From NCBI GenBank assembly GCA_000708835.1, contig DF237262.1:41079-105078 (forward strand): 64,000 bases of DNA, in the 5' to 3' direction. The notes below the pieces were generated by a model, which worked only from the letters and a program-made list of their open reading frames with translations, was not told where the DNA came from and did not search any database. Both the position numbers and the translations under genes were made by a program. Below, piece by piece: positions 44,501-54,030 of the stretch. The stretch's first letter is position 1, and each line of letters opens with the position of its first letter. This stretch comes from Klebsormidium nitens. Lineage: Eukaryota > Plantae > Klebsormidiophyceae.

Positions 44501-47500
44501 TGACCCCTTGCGGGGTTTGTGGGCTGAGCGCTGCAAGGAGGTAGTGCGATACCATGCGCACTCTGAATGACCGAGTAGTGAACTGCCCATTGGTCATCCG
44601 CCCCGAAAAATAAGGTTAATCACATCTAACTCAATGAGTTAGAAATTAGCGATTAAACTAATTAGAACAGATACTACACTTGATCTTAGCCAAAAGGCCG
44701 AGAAAGGTATGAATCTTCAAGTGTTTGGCGGGCGCTTATATAACCCCGCAAAATTGTCGCGGTTTGTGGGTCGAGTGGGAGACTGCATGTGTGACGAGTC
44801 AAACTGCCGCGCGGAACCGTCCGATCGAGAATCGACGGCGTGCAGTGCGCGAATATCGGTACGGTTTCGACGTCGTCAGTAATTAAACCCACGGTCGAGA
44901 TGACGCGCGCTAACGAAACCGACAAACGGAGCCGCCGATCACGAAGTCGAAAATTTTGAACCTGCATGATTTGTCGTCAGCTCAAGTTCTCCACTACTCA
45001 TAAGTTGGACGGAGGACCTCGGCGAGACTTGGCGAGAGTCGGCTGAATCGAAATTCCATGGAACACTTTTGAAAACTCAATGTTTTTAAAGGCAAAATTT
45101 TGCGGGTCACTCGAAACAACGATGGTAGAATCCTGACTCACGCAACTCAAAAAGGCAGAAAGCCTACGGATGTGTAGAATCCGTCTTGAACTTCCAAAAT
45201 AGGACACTTGAGAAACTGTGAACCTTCAACGCCCGTAATAAAGGTAAGTCCTTCAGCCCCACCCCGAGCCGCCAAAAGCTGGCCCTTGCCACGCCTCCCA
45301 ACCGTTGGCCTTCCAACCGATGGCTTTCGAACCTCGGATCTAAGCCCCCGAAAGTTCGAGCACCCTAAGCTTTGAGCGTTTAAGTACTGAACGGGCCTTC
45401 CAACCCTACCAGGGGCGACCGACACTTTGTGCCTCGTTCGTCCGCCTCGTTGATGCCGACGCGCAGAAAATATCTCCGCCTTATATGTCACGGATTCCGC
45501 AGACTTGTCCATACTTGGCTTCTCCCCCCCTGTACCTTTACACCCTCATCCCATTGAAATAACTGACTTCTCAAATTCTCAATTCATAACCGCTTTATCC
45601 CCGCCTTGCCCGGCCCGCATCTGGGCGTCCTTTGCCTGCCACGTCAACGCTTTCATCACAGCATAGTGCAAACCCTGGGAATTGTAGAAATGCATCTTTT
45701 CTTCTTCCAAGCCCTCAAACCTTGAAACCCTCAAGCCCTTGGCCCTTCCCTCCCTTGAATACATAAACTCTCAAATCCAAAAACCCTCCAAACCTTACAC
45801 CCTCAAAACCTAAACCCTCAGAACCTTCAACCCTCGAAAGCTTAACCCCTTAAACCCCACCTTTCGCATCCGCGCGTCCTTCGGTCGCCGCGTCAACGCT
45901 CTCCTTCGCAGCAGAGTACAAGCCCTTGAAGCCCCATAAACCCTGAAGATACCCTTGAAACCTAAACCCTCAGATTCATGAACCCCTGAAAACCCCACCT
46001 GCCGCGGCCCGCATCTGCGCGTCCTTCGCCTGGCGCGCCTCCTTCTCCTGCAGCCGCCGGTGGCGCTCGCGGTCGTCGTGGCTCAGCGGCCGCGCCTTCG
46101 CGGCGACCTTCTTCGGGTCCTCGCCCGACGGCTTTCGCCGCGCGGTGGTGGGCCGACTGCCCGGGGAGTCGCTGCCCTTCAAAAACTTCCTGGAAGACGA
46201 GAATGGAAAGTGTATCAAGGAACGCTTTGGTTCTGGGTAGTTCGGAGGAGATATCAATTCGTGATGTCAGCAACTCGAGATTCTGGTAGTTGACGCTGTG
46301 ATGTGCAAAAGAGGCCCGGTCGGTTTGCAATGGACTCTGCTTCGGCCGGTTCGAGGACTGTCTGCCACGTTTCTGGCCCGTACAAGCTACTACTCTGGAA
46401 AAATGCTGGCAGCGTTCAAAACTTTCTTTCCGAGTAGCTCGTCATGAGGAGCAGGCCAAAGTATCGCTCGCAATACCCTTTTCACGTGCGTTCTTAACCA
46501 GACTCGGTTCTCCGTTGCTCTTGCGCTTGTCAAATTCAAGTTCTAGCCAATCATGCGGCCCCGATGTGAATCGACTGATAGGCAATGGACTGTCCAATCG
46601 TTGTCGCCTTGGCTAACAGACTCGTTCGCAGGTCAACTTTCAAATCTTCACGTGAAACAAAAGAGATCATGAAGCCTATCTAGTAAAGAGGTTAACGAAA
46701 GGGAAGGTTTCATTGAAATGGTGGCTCATCCTAGCGCTCCATCACTGATGCCTACGAGATGCACGCCCAATTCGAGTCACCCAACGGAGAGTGCAGGCAG
46801 AAGACGCCAACTCTGCGTCAATCTGCCCCATCCTCCAGACTCCAATATATTATTCCCTTACCTGCTCGCGCTTTCAAGCTTCTTCTGCCGCTCCGCCGCC
46901 TCCGTCTGCGCGCGCGTCGCTCGCGCCTTCCTGACCGCCGCCCCGACCTGCAACGCCGCGCGCGCGCCCAGTTTCGCGCTTCCGGGGCGCTGCCCCGGAG
47001 AAGGGGGTGGTTGTGCGCGCGCGTTTGACCCCCCCGAAGGGGAAGGAACTGCGCTCAGCTGCTCTTCGACGAGTTCGGAGAACAGGTCGCGGATCGGGCG
47101 CTGGCTCGGAGACGGAATTGCCTGTAACGAGGGGGGGGGAGGATTTAGAGGTGTAACGAAAAACAACATGTGAGTAGTGAAGGGTTTGAGAATTAATGCG
47201 TCCGGAAGAAAGATTTTAAGGCAGACACAAATGAGGTCCATAGGTCGCCCGCCAATTGAAGTAGATGGAGTACACGCGTGAGAGGAACAGACATAGTCAG
47301 ACAAATAAGCAAAAAATCGTCAGTGAGCTTAAACCTACAAATTAAAGGGTTTTAGGACTAAGAGCTGTGCCTAACCATAGAGTTTTTTCTGTGTCTTCTT
47401 GTAGGGCCCCACTTGCTTCCCCAAAAACAGCCGTCGAGTCTTCTGCGCGACATTTGTATCTATACCGATCCCATAGGCCTCCTCGGAGATGACCTATCTA

Positions 47501-50500
47501 CCTTTGCCTGAACTTGCACCCATAGATCACCTGTTCAAAGGAATCATGCCTCGTCACTTTTCCGCGCAATGCCGGATGGCCCCGCCCTGCCTTGGGACTG
47601 CTCTTTGAATTACTGCGCAAACCTCTTTTACCTGTATCAAGCCCCCATCTGTCCTGCAGAGTGATCTGACGCTCTATCTCGCTGCCACAATCTTCAGATT
47701 GGTCATTAAAGCTATTGGTGTCTCTGACCTTTTCGCCGCTGCCCCGGGCAGCCCCGCTTACTCGCGAGAAAAACTGCGCGCTCTCCATATCGAAGCCACA
47801 TGTCACGGAAACCTTCTATTCGATGCTCTATCTTTTTGGTAAAACGCGCAGAGTATATCTGAAGATCAGGATTGCTGACCTTTTCGCCACTGCTCCGGGC
47901 TGCCCCGCTCTCCCCCGGGGACAGCTGCGCCGTCTGCTGCGCGAGCACCTCCAGCTGCGCGCCCTGGCGCGCGAGCCACTCCTGGTTGCGCCCCGCGCTC
48001 TTCTGCCGCGCGAGCGCGCGCGCTTTAGCCAACTGCACGCCCAAAGCTTAATATCCTCTTCGAACACGGGAAGCTCGATGTTGTCCTTTCCGTTACCAGG
48101 ACCAGAAGCATTTTGGATTTTGAGGCAACAGGATCAATTCGCATATCAACCCCTTTTCTGGTAATCTATCATCAAAGTTGTTTCGGGTCGTTTCATACGT
48201 GGCCTTCTGATCGATTCAGATTGGACCCACTGAAGCATCCATTTTCTGAGCACTTTCAAACCACTTGAACGAAGGACGTGCCCTATGAGAACTGATATTG
48301 CGGTGTGTCCCAGTCAAAGACGAGACTGTCACGATGCAAAACAGGAAGCCTCTTGAAATCTGTCTTTCCGCTCGCGCACGCTCACCTTGTCACTCCCCGG
48401 GCTTGTCGCCCGCTGACCCTCCGGAGACTCAATCGCCGCCGTCGATGTGTCCGCGCCATCAATCTCTACGGTCGGTTTCTCCGGACCCGTCATCTCCACC
48501 GCTGATTTTTCCGACCCCGCGATCGTCGCCGTTCGCTTCTCTGATATTCCGGAAAACGCGGTCCCTTCCAAGGTTCCCTCCTTGATTGCCTCTAGCGTTC
48601 CGTTCATCTCTCTTAACCCGCCGTCCAAACCGCCTCCTAAACCGTCCTCTGAACCCGGCTTCGGGTCCTGGTTTAGGCTCTCCTGCAGCCCGGCGTTTTC
48701 GGAACCCTGGCTGATTATGAACCGTTGGATGTGGTCGCAGTACCGTTCAATGGAGGAGCGGACGAAGGGCAGCGAGAGGATCTTTTCGATCGACGGCCTG
48801 GATAGAGGCGTTTAGGGTTGACGGTTGCTGGTCAGGGGCAAGTGATTGCTCATTGAGGAGGCCGCAATGGGCTACCACGTCGGTCCGGTTCAAAGGAATT
48901 GCCGTAGGAGCTTGGTGCACTTTTCCCGAGTGTTGTGTGAACAATAGTTCTTCGAAGAAAGAAGGCATGAAGCTTTGGTCCAAATGCTGATACCAAACTC
49001 AAAAAGAGGTTAATGGAACAGCTGAACAGTTGCTGGCGACATGGATTGGCTCCAAACAGGATGAACAATCGCCGAGGAAACTGAGTCGACAATTGCAGAG
49101 CGTTCGATTTTTTTATTTGGCAACAACATGCGAGAACCGCGTCCATTCGAATTCAGGAATCTGACTTGCTTACCTGTGCTTTGGGTCTCGTTTCAGCATG
49201 GAAGCTATGAGGTTCTTAAGGTTGGCGCTGTAGTTGTTTGGAATGGGCGGGTACTTGCCTCGCAATATCTTCATGATCAGTGCCGGCAAGCTCTGCAGGA
49301 GGCAAAAGTGGTCTAGTACCGGGTTTGAGACAGGCACTCTTTCATGAACGCATGCTTTGAGATGAAAGATGTTCAACCCGAAGCCGGGTGAATCCAACCT
49401 TTTGATCACCGCCGAAGACTTCCTGCAGTGGAATTTAACGGTAGATGGACATTGGGTCTGGTCAGCTAGAAAAGCGTAAGCGAAAGCCAAAACATGTTTC
49501 TGCTGGAAGTAGGTTTTCTGGATGAAGTCTGGGACCTACATTGCAAATCTACGGCCTAGCAACGGAATACAAGGTTGACAGAGAGCCCGTGGGAATCCCG
49601 TTAGACTCGATATCTACAAACCTGCACTCTGAAAGAACGACCAAAGCCGCCAAGTGTTGAGATTCAAAAGGTTTGAAAGACGTCTTCTCACCGTCACCAG
49701 CTCACTGAGATGCCAATCGTGGTAAGAACGGCGAAAGAGAGGAGGCAGGAAGCGGAGATTGGAAAGCGGAGAGCAGGGAGCGGAGAGCAGAGGGCGGAGG
49801 GCGGGTTGCGGAGGGTGGATACGGAAAACGGAGCCGGAAAATGGAAGAGGAGGGCGGAAAGAAGGAGCAGAAGGCGGAGGGCGAAGGGCGGAAAGTGGAA
49901 AGCTGAAAGCGGAAGGAGAAGGCGGAAGACGGAAAGTGGAGGGGGGGCGGAAGCGGAGAAGCGGAGAAGCGGAGAAGCGGACCGTTCCGAAGACGCCCCA
50001 TCTCACCTGCCCGTCGAACGCGTGCTTAAGCGTGACCATCTCGTATAGGACGCAGCCCAGCGACCATACGTCGCTCTTCTTATCATACGGCTTGTCCTCG
50101 CATATCTCGGGCGACAGGTAATACGGAGTGCCTATGACGGTCTTGGCCATATCCCCGTCGCTGCTCAGCACTTTGGCGATGCCGAAATCGCCCACCTTGA
50201 TGATGTCATGCGCCGCGCAGAAGATGTTCTGCAGGGGGGGAATATTGAATTCGTCTATCTGAGGGCTTTCAATATTTACCAGAATTTGCACCAGCAAGGG
50301 AAAAGAGTACATTTGTGGAGAATCGGGAACGGCAACCGGATTGCAATGCTTCAGGGACCGCGCAAAGAGCGAAGCGAAGATGTGACGTCCAGATATAGAC
50401 GCCACTTCACTGACGAGAAAGTCCAAATCTAAGCGAATCCAGGTTTAGACAGCGTTTCAAAGAAGGAGCGAATCCTCCAAACGCAATCTCAATCACCAAC

Positions 50501-52365
50501 AAACCCACTTTAAGCCGCCACTTCAAACGAACAGGACATTGCTGGGACAGAACCCTAACCCAAAACCGAACCCAACCCACCTGCGTCTTGAGATCCCGGT
50601 GCAGCATGCGCTTCGAGTGCACGTGTTTGAGCGCGAGGCAGATCTGGACGAACCAAAACATAATCTGCTCCTCGGAAAACGGCTCGTTTCCGGCGACCAC
50701 CCGCTGCTGGATCCGTCCGTAGAGGTCGCCCTCCTCCGCAAATTCCATGACGATGTGCAGGATTCCGGCTTCGAGGAAGCACTCGTGGTAGCGCACGATG
50801 TTGGGATGGTCCAGCTTGGACAGAACCTCCACCTGAACATGCGAAAATCTACATTAGAAAGGCAAATTCGGCAGATTTGCGAGTTGCAAAGAGGGTATGG
50901 TCCACTTGAAAGTTTCACAAAACACAGGGGCAACTCTCATATTGGCTGACACCAAAAGCAGAGCTGAGGGGCTGATGTTACGGGGTCTGACGGGTAAGAG
51001 GAAGGCCTCATTGTTAGCAGACTCGGGGTCTTTGGACGAGAGGCTTCAAGGCTTTGAGTAATGTCGATCGGGAGTGTGAGATAGAGTGCTTTGGAGCACT
51101 ACCAAAAGAAAAAACTCGGATGGAAGAGCGAAGCAACGATTTGACGCAACCAGCAGAAAATCGACCAAATTAGAAAGGCCCGAAAGGTCAAAACGACAGA
51201 AGACTGCGGCTTCTCCTCGTCGGATCCAAGCAAACACCTTACGGCTTGTCGAGCTGATCATGGGACAAACACTAAGACAAGGACTTCAGGAGTGTGGGTA
51301 TGGAGGAAGTGGAGCAACTCGAGCAATCGCCGAGGGATCTATGTCTGTAGTCGTTTGTATCTCGATGCCGGCAATTCAGGCATAGAGTGCGATGTCGCTC
51401 AAGCCAGAAGCTGTATCATCTTCTCTCAACAGCCTCAGAACCAAGCAGTCTCGCTAATTCATCCGACTCGGACCTCAAAATAAACCCAAGTTCTACCTCC
51501 TTCTTTCGAGTCCACTTGCACCAACACTTAGCAAACTCGTTTTTGGTGTTGATGCGCTGTTAGAAGCAAAACCCAGTTTCAACCACTAACCTCGTTCCTA
51601 GCCTCGAGCCGTTGTTCGAATCCGAGGCCGTGGATGTTAATCTGCTTGACGACCAACTTCTGGCCGTCAGCTTTCCGCCGGACCAGCACGGCCTGCCCGT
51701 ACGAACCTGTTCCGAGGACGCCGACCTGCAAAGAAGTCGAGCAACTTCGTCAGACTCGCAAACACTGGATTGCAAGACGTAAAAGCGCTTGACCACGACT
51801 ACCCCAGTCTGTGTCAGTTGGGTGCCTGTGCAGTTGGACCGGGACATCATTTCTAGCAGAAATTTGTGGACCAGAAACGTCAAATGATTGCAATCAGTGC
51901 ATTTCAACGTGTTCTCGTCCATCATGCGGACCTGGCGCGGTTTTTGTGTACCAGCTGTCTTGGCGGCAAATCCCCTTTTCTCAAAAGCTGTTGCACCTCA
52001 TGGCGCAGCATTTGTTGTGCTCTCAACTTGGGCAAATTACCAACGTTTCCAGTCAAAGTCATTGTAATATTAAGGGGTCACTTCCAGCACGAAGGTGCTA
52101 TGCCCACTGATTTGGCCACCAGGTGCTTGCATTGATATCTAGTTAATCATACAATTGTTTAGTAAAAGCAAACCTCTCTGAGTTCTGTGCCCCTCACCTC
52201 CTCATACTTCTCACTCCGCTTGGGCCCATCGTCATCCCGGAACTGAAAGAGCGGGTCGTTCACTCCCAGCCCAATGCTCCCGTCCCGGTAGATCTTCGGA
52301 GGCTCTTTCCTGAGCTGCTCTGTCTTGGTAAAAGTCTCTGCGGCAAACACAAAGTTCGCTCCCAT
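41533..52365 (-). CDS. NEK1: NIMA-related Ser/Thr kinase, NEK1-like (about 1,068 aa, 11 exons)
   Basis: Exons 52365-52198, 51725-51591, 50832-50581, 50228-50007, 49292-49174, 48797-48386, 48032-47880, 47121-46862, 46189-45999, 43716-42605 and 41715-41533 total 3207 nt in frame. Kinase motifs: [70 protein letters not shown]-terminus [24 protein letters not shown]...[10 protein letters not shown] resembles the NEK1 tail. Exact orthology within the NEK family is uncertain. Confidence 0.9.
41791..42025. mobile_element. MITE-like foldback element (235 bp) in the last NEK intron
   Basis: Long imperfect terminal inverted repeats (41791-41873 against 41932-42025) begin AGAGCGGGGTCAAGGAGAA. TAC flanks both ends (41788-41790 and 42026-42028) as a possible 3-bp TSD. 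No coding capacity. Confidence 0.75.
44521..44710 (-). ncRNA. U2: U2 spliceosomal snRNA (about 190 nt), nested in NEK intron 9
   Basis: The 5' end ATACCTTTCTCGGCCTTTTGGCTAAGATCAAGTGTAGTATCTGTTCT is the canonical plant U2 start, including the GUAGUA branch-point recognition sequence. Stems IIa (ATTAG/CTAAT), IIb (TCTAACTC/GAGTTAGA), IIc (loop TTAATC with GATTAA), III (ATGACC/GGTCAT) and IV (loop ATCGCACT) can all form. Sm-like site ATTTTTCG. The 3' end is approximate. Confidence 0.95.
44736..44781 (-). promoter_or_regulatory. snRNA-type promoter of U2: USE-like TCCCACTCG plus TATA box
   Basis: TTATATAA at -33..-26 (44743-44736). TCCCACTCG at -70..-62 (44780-44772) resembles the plant USE RTCCCACATCG. 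Confidence 0.7.
45590..45998 (-). repeat. Two decaying duplicates of the NEK exon 9 3' end embedded in degenerate telomere-like (AAACCCT) repeats
   Basis: Copies of ..AAGGACGCGCAGATGCGG..|gtgggg lie at about 45905-45855 (GT intact at 45860) and 45650-45600 (donor reads GC). They are separated by AAACCCTCAA/AAACCCTAAA-like units. Confidence 0.82.
47720..47762 (-). repeat. Intronic duplicate of the 3' end and donor of NEK exon 7
   Basis: AGCGGGGCTGCCCGGGGCAGCGGCGAAAAG|gtcaga against the real AGCGGGGCAGCCCGGAGCAGTGGCGAAAAG|gtcagc, offset 151 bp. A possible third faint copy lies near 47560-47590. Confidence 0.85.
49720..49985. repeat. Low-complexity purine tract (GCGGAGAA/GCGGAAG units; pyrimidine-rich on the sense strand) in NEK intron 4
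   Basis: The + strand is almost free of pyrimidines apart from CG, and ends in (GCGGAGAA)x3. Confidence 0.75.
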
Positions 52366-52372
52366 ACTTGCG

Positions 52373-52381
52373 TTTCCCGCC
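52373..52381 (+). promoter_or_regulatory. E2F-like site TTTCCCGCC just upstream of the NEK ATG
   Basis: Perfect TTTCCCGCC 8 nt upstream of the predicted NEK start. A second TTCCCGCC lies at 52617-52624 in the NEK/UBXN11 divergent region. Confidence 0.4.
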
Positions 52382-54030
52382 TAGGGCGGCTACCAATCAG
52401 CTAGCCCCTCTAATCACTTGGTAAACAGCTGTGCAGCGACTTGGCTCTCTATCCTGCCCCTCTGGCTGGGCGATAACATACTCTACCACAAGGTGAAGCT
52501 GCTGCTAACTGTTCTTGGTTGAAAGTGCCCTTTCTAACCCTACTTGGAGTATGTTGAACAGCGGTTGACTCGTTGGCGGCAAGGGCCGACGCGGCTGTTT
52601 ATTTTTTGTGCCTTTCTTCCCGCCACTGTGTTCATTGACGCAGCGGTTGCTCGCTTCCGGCGGCGCGTTTGTTCAGAGGAGCTTCAGCAATTTCAACTTA
52701 CCAAGCTGGCATTTCGAATGACAGCTCACTGGCGGGTTGCTTTGTGGCATTGGCCCTGGTAACAGAAGCATTTTCTAGGACGTTCCTTTCTCGAAAAATG
52801 GAGGATTGCCAGATAGGGTGAGCTCAGCTTTGTTTACCATGACGGTAAGGCTGGATTGGCATCTGGATAGACTTTGGCCCAGCTCTATATGCTCTTATAG
52901 AGCTGACGCCTTCCCACAACCCTGTCTCTTCAAAATAGCATCCCCCTTTGGAGGCGACAGACACGCCCAAGTCCTCCCTAGTTACGCAGAGGCAAATTAG
53001 GGTTCTACTCTGCTGCGCATTCTTCTTGAAAGGGCCTTGCGTCATACCACGCCGCGATTTGAGGTGGGCACAAACCCTGATGCAGCGCGGCAATGCAGAG
53101 CTATTTTGATCTCTCCAAGCAACCAGAAGCAGCTTGTGATTTTGACTTCTCACAAACAATTCAGCTTTCTGACTTGGTGGAAGTCATCTGGCCTGGCCTG
53201 AGTTGCTTGCATCCGCATGCAATCGTGACCCCGTGCCTCATTGAAGGGAATGCCACCGAAGCGGCGAAGGTGAAGCGCCAATACCGGAATCAAATCCCCT
53301 TCTTGAAGTTCTTCTTGACGGTCCGCAAGCCATGTACATACAGCCGTGTACACCATGGGGTGAGTACGGGCTCTCATTTGAAAGCAGCCAACGCTTTGCA
53401 CACTGTATACCGGTACTTTGAAACACTGCAACGTTGTCCGCACATCGTCGAGTCAGCGCATTGATACAACATCGATCGGACCGTCGGACTTGGGTTCCGA
53501 CAGCAATGATCATCATGATGCATGGCAAGCATTTGGCCAAGAACTATGTACTAACGCGCGCGTAGATGATGATCCGACGGCTGCACTCTCGCCAAATCCA
53601 TTATCGACGGCAGACGTCTGATAGGCCGCACTGGCGTACGCAGGATCTAGGTACGGTACAACGGAAATACGAAATTATTGTCTAGTAGTCTAGCATTCTG
53701 CATGAGATGCACGTAGAACGGCTAGATGTTTTTTCCGAGACGGCACCGGGATCATCCACACAATGCAGAGTCTTTGCAAGATAGTGCTTGATTGAGAACT
53801 TTTATGGTGCTGTGATCGCCAATTGAAGCAGTTCAAATATTGACAGCAGTGGTCAGCATTGCTTCTGCAAGGGGGTCCGCACACAAAACTGGTTTCCTTT
53901 GCTTCTTTATCAGTGTGAATCTGCAGCAGAAAGTGCAAGTATTCGGCTACTTCTAAAATAGTGCAACGACTGTTGCTCGTGTCAAATTAACCGATCGCTG
54001 GTCCGCAGGCACAGGACAAACAAAATTCGG

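Noticed and set aside
44590-44710. Conserved RNA-like segment initially suspected to be an rRNA fragment
   Set aside because: The reverse complement is unambiguously the U2 snRNA 5' sequence. No rRNA or tRNA genes were recognised in the window.
52544-53621. ORFs and a strong donor (CATGGG|gtgagt near 53360) between NEK and UBXN11
   Set aside because: No family recognised and no supported link to the UBXN11 ATG exon. They may be UTR exons or chance.
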